NCBI GenBank assembly: GCA_024704765.1
Contig: JAKMXF010000295.1
Span: 1 to 64,000 of the forward strand
Direction: 5' to 3'
Source: Oopsacas minuta
Lineage: Eukaryota; Animalia; Porifera
DNA: 64,000 nucleotides
The translations under genes were made by a program, and so were the position numbers. Shown one piece after another: positions 37,703-51,300 of this stretch; within the stretch, counting starts at the first letter, position 1; the number at the start of each line of letters is the position of its first letter. The notes under the pieces were generated by a model. The model did not search any database. It had not been told where the DNA came from and saw only the letters and a program-made list of their open reading frames with translations.

Positions 37703-40099
37703 TACGTGCATATTTTGCAAGAATATAGGATCGAAAATATAAAGAAATAGGAAGGGTCAATGGTGTACTAGTAAGAAAATAGGGTATTCGCAATCTCGGG
37801 AATTATGAAATTTTTCGAAAGATTACCAATTTTCAGTAATGCGGCATCATTGTCACCTATAAATACTTTGAAAATCGAATATATCGGTAAAAAAGTATCC
37901 TGTATCAAAATAATTATTACAAAACAGGTTGATAGATTGCAGATTAAGCCTGTCAGCGAAATTTACTAGTGGCGGAGGTCTACTTATGATTTTAAGGACA
38001 ATAATGTAAACTTTCCTAATTTACGTGACTATGATATCATCATTAATACTGTAAACGCTCCATTGGTACTTAAACTTCCGAAAAGTGGTGTAAATTTATG
38101 GATATGATGTAGGGAAAAAAATCCATTGCTTGTTAGTAATAAACTGGGATTAAATAGAATAATGGGAATATTAGTATGCGATCCCCGAAAAAAGTGAAAA
38201 ATATAGTCAAACCATTGCCCCTGAATTTCAGAGGTTCATGGTGTTCCCTATGGAGGGTAACCGCTAGATAAGGTGACGTTTGTGAAATGATGTGTCAGTA
38301 TTATAGAGGTAGTGGCCTTTATAGACAGGTTTAGCACCAGTAAGGAAATAAAATGGTAGTGGTTGGGCAGGTAGCCACTATAAGACATCATGATAGTGGA
38401 AAACGGATTGCGTGGTGTTATAGTAAATAACGCAATCCGGAACTGTTTAAAGTTCGTCCACGTGACAATATGGCTTATCTAGATATGAGGAAATATATCC
38501 GCATGCGGATATGAGATGCGATTAGGGATGTCAATATTTTGGAAAAAGAGATATAGAAAACATATTACAGGTGCGACATTATCACACAAATCCTCATCAT
38601 CGTGTGGTCCAGGCTACGCCTCAGTAAATATCCTTATTTGAAATAACCCGAGTGGACTGTATTAGCGCTTCATTTTAACCTCAAATCTACCAACTTGAAA
38701 ATATGCATATCATTTAATGTCTTCCGTAACAGAATAGTATTCACTCTCAGCCCTAATTTCATGTACAGTATAATCTCTAGTAGTGGAGGAAGTCGGGACC
38801 ACGGATCTGCTGATAACACACTATTCCTCATAAATAATTTGAAAGAGAGTTTTAACCAAATTTGCACAGCTACTCCCTCTAACGACTATTTACAATGATA
38901 ATGATTCATATTTTATGCCCTTAATGTTGCTAGTTAAAATAAAATTTGAAATAAATTTTCTTCTGAGAATCTCGAAGATTTCAATTCATCATAACGATAA
39001 ATAAGTGGTATTTCAAATTTCGCACTAAATTTATTATTCAAGAGATTTCTAGTAGAATTCCCCATTTATAGAGGTTAATTTTATTCGTGTGAGACATAAT
39101 TATCTCCAAAGTATGCCTCATTCCCTACTCTCCACTTATAGAGGTTGCGCTGTATATTAAGAATATTAGGAGCCTACAACCTAGATCCTTCCTAGAAAAT
39201 GATAACTAATCAATTTTAAATTTGCTATTAGAGTAATCCTCGCTAATATGAACAGCACTGTTCCCATTGCACGATATAGGAGGATGTGTACTCACACGTT
39301 GTACAAAGGATGAAAAGGCTGCCAACAAATGTACTATAGCAATATGTACATGCCCATACTAGAATTGGAAATAATTAGTTATTATTGAAAATCGAACTCA
39401 GAATTTCTTGTATGGTTTAACGTATTTCTACAGATACATAGTGTGACCATCTGTTTTCGCAAGAAATATTAACTAATATATAATTAAATGTAAATCACGG
39501 TATTTGGGCAAGTATTTAACGTAAAGTTGAGAGAATATTATAATTTAAACTACACACCATGGCTATTTACAGAAACGTACCGCGTTCGGATGATGGATTA
39601 CCCAATTTTCACTGGGAACTCTGTGCATTATGACAGAGGCACATACGTGACAGTTTATCAAAATGCACAGAGTAATCAGTGATTAGATATTGGATAATAC
39701 ATCATCCGAACGCAGTATATTTCTCTAAAGAGCCATGATGTGTAGTTACTAGGCTATCTAAAATATAATCTGATTAGAATTATAGGAAATATGCTCACGC
39801 TATATATTCTTCAACCACAAACATAATTTGCTACGACAATACATACATTAACATTGAATTGTCTAGTTATTGATAAATATTGGCTAAGATGTGTCATCTA
39901 TGGCCAATGCAATAACTCATGAATGAACTTTATCATGACAATCTTTTGATAGTTTTCCCCAACATTGTGAGATTAGAGGTGATTTCTGTTAACCGCTTTT
40001 ATGTCTGTTTGTGGTCAGAAAAACTTTCAGTTGGTTAACCGAAATGTACATTCTGTGTATTTACTTTGGTGAAAACATGATTTTATCCCTTACTAAGTA

Positions 40100-40547
40100 C
40101 ATTAAGACCTCCAAAAGTGAACACACCTAAGAAATGAATAACTCCAAATATGAACACTTATTCTCGGTCCCAAATTTTTCCCACTCTGTTACACAATATT
40201 TACCCTCTAACATGTGATCACCTAATCTGGTCCCAAATGCCCAAATTTCATTGGATATGACCTCTTAAAAGTGAACATAGACAGTGGCTTCATTATACAA
40301 TAGGATATAGTTGCTATTTTATGTAGAATCTGAATAGGAATTAATCATAAAAAGAGATCCACTGTCTATTTAAGACTTTTCACATTCGTCTAAACATTGG
40401 AAGCATAATAAATGCTCGTACATGTTATTCCTTTAGGCATTTGTGGACTTTCATACTTTGTCAGTTGGATTGTTCATGAAAAGTGAACAGCTCTCAAAAG
40501 TGAACATTTCCTGTCCTCAGGGTGTTCACTTTCTGAAGGTTTTACTG
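40100..40547. mobile_element. Non-autonomous Tigger derivative related to the 6996-9071 family
   Basis: Degenerate TIRs (acctccaaaagtgaacac / gtgttcactttctgaaggttttactg), AGTGAACA subterminal repeats and ggtccc motifs as in the 6996 element. Confidence 0.6.
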
Positions 40548-42378
40548 AACTGATAAATTGAATATAACAGTTGTATTCCTCTTACATCAACTTGAAATAA
40601 GTGCCTTGTGCCAGGTATTATTGTGTGGGAATATTAGATTCATATACTATTAACATCAGCAATTATAGGTATAAGTTTGTAAACTTCTGAATATCAAAAA
40701 TTAGTTGATTCATGAATTATTTCATTATATCGGTTAACCAACATGACATGGTTAATAACCGCAGCCCTGGTTAGATTTTATGGGCTAAATTTTGTAACCT
40801 TTAATGTTCTATTATCCGAATACTGCAGGTGAATTTGTCATTTTATACTATATAAAAAGTGCTGAAATCCTCATTTAGGTGCGGGTATTGGTTAAAATGA
40901 AGAGATAAATAATGGAGTTCCGTTTCGTTACGAATGTAACACTTCGACCTTAAACTGTTAACTATTAAGTATTACAATTGGTGCAACTCTCTGACATATT
41001 TGCGAAGTAATTGTTAGATGACGCAATTTGGCTTGACTATTGTTTGTGGATATACGTAATCTGCACTCGAAATATCAAAATACATACATTCGCGTCAAAA
41101 CATACCAATTAAATACTTTGCAACTGATAGAATTGCTAAGAACTGTCTTGAACTATCCTTGGCCTAAGTTAATCAATCGTTAACAGTGCTCTTAAGGCCA
41201 AATCATCCTGTATAATTGTAAACACTCAGCTTTCCTTATCCTGATAAAATAGTACCTGGCTTAAACGACTCCAGCCTGAGCGACATCTTGCCTTTTAAGA
41301 TCCATTTTTAATGATGGATAGTTTTCAATACTTGAATACCTGCGATGGGTGAATATCTGCTGAACACGATCAACGAACATATTTTTGACTTTATTAATAA
41401 ACAGTTACTTGTGCAATGATTTCTATACAAATGAACAAAATTCGGTACTCATTTTGTTTCTATTCAAAGAAATTCACACATTCTCGGGTTTGTCAATTTT
41501 TCAAATGATTTGATTTGATTTGAAGGATTTGATGAGGATTTGAAAGGGATTAGATTGAAATTTCAAAGCCCCGATCTTACAATGCAAATAATTTCGAGGT
41601 GAAAAGTCGAAAATTTGCATAGTATCTTTCTAAATTTCATTCTCAATAATTCTAGACCCGCCCAAAGGCGCCACTTATATTTTTCTGAACGTTGAATGTA
41701 TAGGATACATCAATTCGGAAATTGATTTTTCGAAAATTATAATTTTCGTCATAACGTCGTATAATTATTTCTAATTCATTAGTATGAACGTATTTATAAA
41801 GTATACAAAGCAGAAATGATCAATAGGGTAAGGATAAACCAGTACAAAATTTAGAACTCATTCATTATTGAATCATAAGTATGAATCACATGAATACCAC
41901 GGATTACCTCATAGTTTCATCTCGAAAAGTCACATTATTTTCAAGTAATATATAATTTGATCAACTCAGCTGATATTTAACATTAACAATTCGAGAACTT
42001 CTGTTTCATGCAAAATATACATTGCAGAAATCAGCCCAACAAAGTCACGTTACCAAAAATTGCAGATTGAACGTATAGTAAGTAATGCGTCCTCATTAAA
42101 AGACGTACTAAACAACATAGCTATTACCCCATAATCGCCATTTATCAGCCTGTGAATAAGAAACATCGTCTGAAAAAGGTTCACATATACTCCTGCAATA
42201 TTTATGTCAGGTATACGGAAAATCGAATATAAGAACATGTAATACTACTCCAAAGGGTGAGTTTACAGCGATAATCATTGTATCAGTAAATAATAAAAAC
42301 AATTGCGATATAAGAACATTAGAGTTACGAAATTAGAAGAAAAAACATGAGACAAATGGACAAGACTTGTATACATAC

Positions 42379-42743
42379 CTTAACATTGCCTGTATAATAA
42401 ACTCGTAATACTGAGTCCTATAGGTTAGCAATTCCCAGGGCGCGTTTACATTGTCAAGAAATCCATGCAAATCAGCAAAAAGGATAGTTACATCACAACC
42501 TGCTTGCAAGAAGTCAGCTATTTTACATATTGGAAGAAAATAAGCAACATGAGGTTTGCCAGTAATAGCAGTCCCCCAGTAGATCTTCAGGTCCTTCTTT
42601 TCCAAGATATGAACAAGTTTCTCAGAATATATTTTAGCGTGCTCATCATGTTTAGCGCCAAGGACTTCTTCTAAATTCCTCGTAATCAATTCAGCTTTAT
42701 CTCTAACAGATAATGGCTCGGTTATTTGATTAGATTGAGCCAT
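42379..42743 (-). CDS. YARS1: Cytoplasmic tyrosyl-tRNA synthetase, exon 1 (365 nt)
   Basis: ATG at 42743. [26 protein letters not shown] (HIGH-equivalent), [37 protein letters not shown]; donor at 42378. Confidence 0.95.
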
Positions 42744-43533
42744 ATCAAACTGATCACTAAGGTATGTACCTATACCAATCTATCAAAGATGTATAATGGT
42801 AACTGACTGATCAAATGTAATCTAAAGCATTGCAACAATAACTACATACTATATCCTTGTAATCCATAAATTTTTGAAAAATACCGAATAATGCCGAATG
42901 TATAACATGTTATAAAGCAGGGTTTTTATTCTGCTGGAATAAAATATTTGGTCCAGCAGAACCAAAATTTCTGACGTTTTTGGTCCTGCCGAACTGAATA
43001 TTCCAGACTTTATTAGTCCGGTCAAATAATGTCATTAGATTTTCACTTTCGTATGTCAAGACTGAGATAAGATCTCCAATAGATCATCAGCACTGTAAAT
43101 CATAAATTTGGGACCGAAAAAGCTAAGAAAATAAGAACATACGTAAATTATGAAATCGAAATATCGTTTATTATTCAGGGTCATCAGAAGCCCAAGGAAA
43201 TTTTGCAGTGAAGCTGACTCAAGACTAAAATAACTAACAAAATTTCATTAATTAAGCCAAGACAATTGCATAGAGGTTCCCAGGGGGGGAGGTAGGAGGT
43301 CCGAACTCTCCTTTATGGACAAATGATACATCAATGCATTAATAAATAGGGGTATTATCGAGTGAAGACAGTCACTACCGATGCAGTACTAATTCTTAAC
43401 AGATCATAGCAAAATGACAAATCAGGAGTGCAATTAATTTTGCGACATTTAACATATACAATCCTATGACTACCCCCTGATTGTGTCTATAAGACAAAGT
43501 TATGTTGTTAATCGTCAAAATGATAAATCTTCT

Positions 43534-46500
43534 CACAGTGGCACGAATGGCTAAAACCTGGAAGTAGGTATAAGGACACTAGATAACATATTAAACTATA
43601 TTATTGACATATGGGGAATCGTATCCTAGGAATCGATTGACGTAACTAGATATTTTCTAAGTCTTTGGGTGTGAAAGTAATGACCTCATTGTCACATTCA
43701 AAAATATTTTGATTTTTATCGATTTTAATTAAGCCAATTTGTGAGCTATGGGTTCAGAAATAGAATGCTTTATGTTTTGGTATCATTAACACTATTTAAT
43801 GTACATTTTTATCAAGTTATGAAACCAAATTTCTTGTTAAAATGACCTACCGTTCATTGAACTACAAACTATAACGTATTTATAATTAGGGAATTCACCA
43901 AAATATCTTGACAGCTCTTTAACTCAGATAGATCTGGCTCCGAATCGTTTTAGGTAAAATTACGAAAGGATGCTAGAATTGGATCACTTTGAGAGATAAG
44001 CCTGACGAACACATCTTTAACGTTGTCCTGAAAGTTAAATTTTCTAGAGAGTCTCTTACGGTATCGCCGACCAATTTAATACAAGATTCAAGGCCTTCAT
44101 CAGACAAATCTTCTAGGCCAAACCGATCCTTATGATCTGCAATTATTTGTGGTGCATGGGCTAGTTTATGTAAAGAAGGGGTCACACGTGCCCGTGAAAA
44201 ATTGGTTAAAATGGATTCGCAAGTCTCTCGACATACATTATCAAGACCCTTCAGTGTCCACTTTCCTGTTGCTATTATACAATCTCAGGATAGCACTCAA
44301 GTTATCAAAGATTATAGAGACAAATTGATATGTCTCTTGAAGAACAACCGTCAATACCCAATAGAGAAAATCTTGCAACAGTATCATCGCTAAGTGTGAA
44401 GCATCTCCGAACAACATTTCCGGTTGTGGTGGTTCATCCATGGACTGATGGTGTGTCAATGGATATACTAAGTTTTCTTCAATAAGGCTAGTAATAAATT
44501 TCTTGGTCCCAAGAATTATTGGCGAAGGTGGTGACCATTTTTGAATAGCACCACACTGTAAATGGCAAATCAAAAATAGGAACCAACTTAATGTTCTCAA
44601 ATATGTATGTAGAGGGGAAGCTGATGTGATATCTTTTCCTGAGATCGGTTTGTGTATTAAATTGAATCTTTTATTTGTTGGCAAAGATAAATATTCTTCC
44701 TCATCAACCTCATCAAATACATCACGTGCATCACTGATAGTCCTATTTATGGGAAAGCCATTTTGAACTATGCTAATATCGTGTATCTGTTGGAACGTTG
44801 CAGTACGCATTTGACAATTAGCACCACCAGCACCGCTTAAGACTTTTGCCATCTTTGTATCGAAATGAGATCTTATGATCTTGACCTCTGCATTGCCATT
44901 GTGTAAACACAAACCACTCTCTTCAATAGTTGAAGTTTCGTTATATATTACTGAGTCCATCAAAAACTTGACACTCTCTTCAATTTCTGGAAGGGTTAAG
45001 AGGACAACTGGTCGAGTGCAAAATGGCGAATTCGGATGATGAGGTCCATAGGGTATGATCATTTGCATTTATGATTGCGTTAACCTTGAGACTAAATAAA
45101 ATGAAGGTTTTAGTCGAAAGGTCAGAGTTAGATATAACTTGCTGGTAAACACGATGACACCCTGATCTATCTAGGGCATCGGATACTCGAACTTTAAGAA
45201 GAAGACAAGGTTATCAGGACTTAAGTTAGATACAATTCGTTCAACTGTATGGGTGAGTTGTCTGGTGTAAGAAATACCTACTCCACATGGAAATTCTCTA
45301 TGAATTATACGCACCTCATCCAGCAAATTAATTTGAGCGCGATGTTTAGCTACGCTATCGTAGCCTGGTAACTTGAGATCTTCAGATAGTAACGTACGCC
45401 GAAGTTCTAAATACTTAGTTTTACCGATCTCAAGCGAATCGAAAAGAAAGGCAGATTTATCAAGAGATAATTGTGGATAGATAGGAGATGAATTTCCCTT
45501 CTCGAGTATCTCTTTACAAATATTGGCACTATACATGTCCTGCTCCTCATTGTAACAAAGTAGTAAGAGATAAGTTGCAAGAGTCTTTGGAGATATATGC
45601 TCGTTTTCTGCGACTGATTCAAGGTGAGACTTAAGAGAAGAGTGCCGATTTCTCAAACCTTTGGTCGTTAAGTCAGCGAGCGATTTTCTTTTTTGAAAGA
45701 TTAAAGTCTTCTTCAAAGTTAATGGTTAATGAGGAAGAGGCACTTAACCTAGGCTTCTTTGGCAGAGGAAAGAAGCACATGGAATTCCAAGTATCAAGGT
45801 CCGAATATTTAAGAAAAGAGGCTCTCTCTTTTTGAATATCATTGAACTTCAGACGAAAGAAATTTTGCTGATCTCGATCAAAACAATGAGTTGAAATAAC
45901 TTGGTCTGCGATTGAACGAGTGCTAAGTGATTTATGTTCACAATAAAACTGAAAAGCTTGAAGGTTATTCATTTTCTAGATAATAAATATATTATTTATT
46001 AACAATATTGTAAATACAGGGCAAAAAGTAAGATTCTATATATGCATGTTTGTTTTATAAGCTTACACAATACATTCTGAAATCTAAGAATTAAGGAACT
46101 TTTAACGAAACTTTTCGCACAGTAGAAGAATGTTGATTTTTTGATGGAATCTTTGTAAAAATAAGTGATGAGAACATGTATTTATATTAATTACAAGCTG
46201 AACTTTGTAAACACAAGCATAAAATTGTAAATAACTTCACGTTTTGATTATATCGCTAAGCAACCATAATATTTATATAAAATTTTGAAGAGAATTTTAA
46301 AAATATTAAGTAAATTCAAAGTTCATGTGATTGAAACCATATTTGCGCGAATTTTCGGGAACCTGGAATTGTTGTATTTTATAGAGAATTAAAAATGCTA
46401 TATTATAAACTCAGGCGACAACTTGACAGAACGCGACAGATGAAGTTAAGAGATTTCGAAGTTGAGTGACTACAGAAATGTCTACAGAAAATTTATCATA

Positions 46501-46848
46501 ATATTTGAGCTATTTCAAGGATTTATTATTTGAACTCCGCTTATATAATCATTATAATTAGAGAGTAGTCGAAAATGCAATAGAATGAAGTCTTTGGAAT
46601 GTATTAGTTGCGTAGATACTGAAATTTAAGTTCACTGATATAAATAAATATCTGTAGTTCTCAAGAATAATTTCTGAGCAAGGAATTGTAATGCTTATAT
46701 ACATTCCAGTTGTTCCTAAACTAAATAATGGATCATAACAATTTTAGACATTTTCAAGTATTGGATATTTCTCTTTCCAATAAACTTTAAATGGTCACTA
46801 AATATCGGATTGAAATTTTGACCAATTTCCAGGGGGCGTGTCACTGTG
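43534..46848 (-). mobile_element. Transib-3 (RAG1-core-like), full length (3315 bp)
   Basis: TIR CACAGTG(G/A)CACG at both ends; perfect 5-bp TSD CTTCT (43529-33, 46849-53). Confidence 0.92.
43900..45972 (-). pseudogene. RAG1-core/Transib-type transposase of Transib-3; all three catalytic positions recognisable, several frameshifts
   Basis: RKSLADLTTKGLRNR (NBD-like); SDALDRSG; PNSPFCTRPV; RSHFDTKM; SPLHTY; TPSLHKLAH; SDEGLESCIKL. No intron. The 3' end coordinate is approximate. Confidence 0.87.
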
Positions 46849-46949
46849 CTTCTACAAGTATTGTCCTCATGCACGTACTACGAGCCCTTGGAATCCATTA
46901 TTCACCAAATTGATGGCCCCTTTGAGTATTATTATACATATATATTTAG

Positions 46950-47710
46950 AACAACGAAATGAGCAAATATACATATTTGGCATATATATGAGTGAAATAT
47001 TTGTAAGATCAACCACCTTTTTAGCCGTTAAGAGCAAGTATCTAAGTGAATTTGAGATTTTGCTAATTAGTTTACGTCATATTCATAAAAATAAGAATAG
47101 GTTTGCACATGAGAACCTTGAAAATGAGAAATTCGGATTCAGCGTACTTAGCTACCCTATGGGTAGCCGTTTAGAATAAGTGTATTCATAAAAACAACAA
47201 TTTATTTACATATGAACGGTCAAACAAACAGAAAAACAACAAATGAGAATAAATAATATAGAGGTTGTTTAGATTGCCATATTCGGACTCAGCATACTTG
47301 ATTACCCCAGTATAGTACTTGAAAGTATGATTCTGCCTCAATTTTGAAATTTGTTTATTGTATATAATTAAAATAACAATCAATTTACATACAGAAACTT
47401 AAAATGTGAAATTCGGATTCATCGCACTTAATTACCCTGGGTATGTGTTTAGAGCAAGCATGTACGTGTATTTTGAGATTAGGATAATTTATTTAACTTT
47501 ATATTTCATAAAAACAACAATATATTTACGTATGATGAATTCAATAGTGTCGGATTCAGTTTGTTGGAATATTTAGCGAAGTTTTATTATTATATTTACT
47601 TCCTTGATAAATACGATAAATACATAGTTATGGGACAATTTCAAAATTGCATCCATAAATCCTTTCCTTGACAACGGACAAACAAACAGACAACAATGGA
47701 TATTTAACAT
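46950..47710. repeat. Locally duplicated motif cluster (attcgga(t/c)tcagc..ttaccc; tattcataaaaacaacaat; caaacaaacaga), probably a non-autonomous TE relic
   Basis: The motif recurs at ~47130, 47281 and 47410, with similar motifs at ~18765 and ~61575. Family not determined. Confidence 0.4.
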
Positions 47711-48378
47711 AATAGATTACTGAATGATAATGAATTCAACCTGTTCTAATATGTAATTTACAATTAGCGTCCCGAAATTATTTTGTACTCCAAATTTCTT
47801 CCCCCTGTATATTTAATCACAATCTTTAAATTTGGTAGTCAACTAATACTTGTTGATCTTCGAGGTAATATCATTGGCGCAATGTTTTGAACTTGGTCAT
47901 CATCATCTTCAAATTCCAGTTATGGAGTGTCCAGATCTAATGTGGTACGATGTGTGTAATCTTCTGAAATATCATCCTTTTCTCGAACTAAGAATATTTT
48001 TGGTATTACCTTCCTTAGATTATATTTATATAAATCTAAAAATTTGACAATTATCAATTAACTTCCACTCTGATTTGTAGATAAGTAAATAGGCTACAGG
48101 AAAAGATTATCATAATGAGAGGATTTGAAAGTATTATTCCAAAGATTCATCTTCTGCATATGGTAAGTACATACTGAATAGATTCTTTACTCATAATTAC
48201 TAACTACTTACACCTTATAATAATTATTTTGTTAATGTTATTTTATAATGCCCTATTTTTCTAGATTTTAAATAGCCTAAAGCAATTCTTCGTAAGATGA
48301 TATCGAAAACTAAAGCAACGAATTGTTACAAAACTCAAATATACTGATAGAAGGATAATCAAAAAAGAATAGCGTAAA

Positions 48379-51300
48379 TGTTGCAGTTTATGGACGTGCT
48401 TGGTGTGCACGCGGCACACCAGTGTAATCGCGTGTACACCAACATGTTGGTGTGCACATGTGCACACTGGTGTATGGCCATGCCATAATAAAATGTTCTC
48501 TTCTGGTTCTTTATTAAATAATATAATTAGCGATACAATAGTTCTAATTATAGAGATACAAATATATTTAATTATAGGATATATATCTAAACTTTCCATG
48601 ACAATTGAGTAATATGCAGAATTAGATTTCTATTCAGCTCGGAACCTCAATCTATCACTGGGGAAAAGTACGTAATTATCTTTGTATTTTGACTTGTTTG
48701 TTCAGTTTATAGCGATAGCAGAAACAGAGTTTAAGGTTTGTTTGATACGTATCTATTTAGTAATAAATGTCTTTGATTAATTGTTCCATAATTGTTCAGT
48801 TCGTAAATGGTCAACATTCTATTATAGTAATCTGGGATTTTCTTCTCACAGAAATTTACCATAATTCTTTGACTGAACACTTCGAAACCATTGTTATGCA
48901 TGTACTTGTGCCCACATTTATTACTAATTTACAAGGCTGAAATCGATTGAACCAAATATCAGTATTATGAATAGCAACCCAACCGGTTACTGATTTTCGG
49001 TTTGCAACTGAATATTGAACTATTCTCCAAATACAGTATTATTCGGTTGCAAACTTGCTAATTAATTTGTGTCTAAAATTTGTTCCCATCCATTCTAATT
49101 CAATCCATGTTTGGATAAGACGTACGCTCGGATAGTACTAAAAATATTGTTTCCCTAGGTGTACTGTTTTCCCCAAGTTCCACTTTTCGTAATTACCTTT
49201 AGCAAATTGTTTTGAACAAACTATTAAGACTACTTACTACACTACTACATGGATGGCCTAGTAACTAGAACATCTTAATATGAACTAGACTCTATTTCGT
49301 ATCTAGTTACGTTACAACGGTTAACTCCGTACCTTTACACATAATAATTCCTAATTATCCAATACATTAAATTATTTATAATCTACTCGACTACTCGTGT
49401 AGCGAAGTGTCTGTATTATCCAATTTAAAATAATTTTTGAGACTGAGCAATAAATCTTTATTTTATTCTAATCATAAACTAATGATTTGACAATTTGAAA
49501 GGTCTAAAAAATATTAAGTGATGACTTGTGTTATACGTAATGACTATTCTCTCTGCTAGTAGTATGTTATGCGAACTTGTTAAAACAAGTGTGACCCTTA
49601 TGGCATTTAGTGTTGCAACTTCTACCTGATTTCTTGCAAGGGCACCTTAGTGTTTTACAGTGCTTACATCTACATGCTGAACCACTGAGCCCCAGAGAAG
49701 CACTTTGCATTGCTTCCGTTTGACTGACCATAGAAGTATGGCAAGATTCATTTGCACTGATTCTGAATGGACAAACATCAAACTGATTCCTTGCATAGCC
49801 AGAGAAAATAGTGCCATGTGATGTAGCTACAGTATAAACAGAATCCTGTGCGTCGATGATATGACCCATAAGATTGCGTGGTCCAATCGAATTCATCTTA
49901 TCAGGTTGGGAAATGGGTATAAGCACAGTATCACCGATTTCAGCTGGTTTGAATTTTTTCCCACTTGACTTTAGCATACGATCATGTAGTGTTTCCTGAT
50001 TTCTTTTTATTCCTTTTCGTAAGTGATGGGTATTTGTACTCCTTTCTTTGAGAAAACAACCTTGACACCACACTGAGCTCCCAAATCCCTCTTCCCCTTG
50101 TTGAATTCCGCAAGGTACGTGGACGAAACGACAACATTCAGGGCAAGAGTGTACTCCACTTGTTTCATTCTCACATACAGCACAGAGTAAGTTAGTTGAA
50201 TTGGTTGGATTTATATTTGAAACTATTGATGAACTATTAGATAGACGTCTCATGGAAAACTGTTCCTCAGAAATTAAATTATCTGATTCAAGAGCTCTAA
50301 TTTGATTCTCCAAAATTACTGGAATACTTGATGTTGGGGTTTCAAAATTACTGTTATATTCTATACCATCGACAATTGTGCCAGGTGGAACTCTATCTGA
50401 TATTGAGAATTCATAATCGTCGGAAATAGGCAGGAACTTAGATAAATATGGAGACTGTGGTTCATTAGGATACTCTTCTGTATATGTAGGCACTTCGTTA
50501 TCAAACAAGTTAGATGATTCAGATAATTCATCAACAGATGCTGCGATTAGATCAGCAACAGAAGTTTGTTGAAAGTTATTCAAATCGTCTTCGTTATTAA
50601 TCACACCCCAATGTTCTTTAGGAACATTAAGAGTGGCGAGTCTGAAGAATGGAGGTCTGCCATATACAGCTTCAAATGGTGTCATTCGAATAGTTGTATG
50701 GTAACTTGTGTTGCAGTTAAATTTTACCCACTTTAAATACTTTACCCAGCATTGATCATTATTATCATGCATCATGGCAAATAATCCGTCTTTAACTTCT
50801 CTATTCACACGCTCTACTGTCCCCTGACACTCAGGATCCCTGGGTTTACCATGCACAATTTTTGTAGAGGGCCAAGTATCTCGCAAAGTTTCGAATAGAA
50901 GGCGATTTGAGAATTCTCCTCCATTATCAGAATGCAATATTAGAGGTGGGCCTTGATCGCAGAATATTTCAATTAAAATATCACAAACATTTTCTGCTGT
51001 TTTCTAACTAGTGGGACCAAGTTTATTTTTTGGTAAAATGGTCAATGTAGAGAAAAAGGTATTTATAGGGTGTGACTCCATTTGGTGACATGTTTTCAGC
51101 CAGATTCATATCTCTGAAATCTATGAGATCAATTTGGCCTCTGCTCAGGTAATTTCTTGATACGATTGGCTTGGTAACTACAGACTTTATGGATTTCTTT
51201 CCCCTTTTTAGATGGCAAGTTGGACACATTTTGACATAAATACCACACAGTTCTTCAGTAACTCCAAGTAATATTGACTAACTCTCTTACACAAATTTGT

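Larger units (their letters stand above)
37486..42378 (-). other. YARS1: YARS1 intron 1 (4,893 bp, GT-AG, phase 2)
   Basis: Donor AG|gtatgt at 42378; acceptor ttcag at 37486-37487. Confidence 0.9.

Noticed and set aside
45690-45716. A-AAA-AAG slippery heptamer at the Transib-3 ORF overlap, suggesting programmed -1 frameshifting
   Set aside because: Joining the two ORFs requires a +1 shift, not -1, and the gene has several other frameshifts. A simple indel explains it.
9852-46848. Calling the RAG1-like genes true RAG1 or ProtoRAG
   Set aside because: No RAG2-like (kelch-PHD) ORF lies within any element, there is no RING/ZnA N-terminus and no canonical 12/23 nonamers. Called Transib-type instead.
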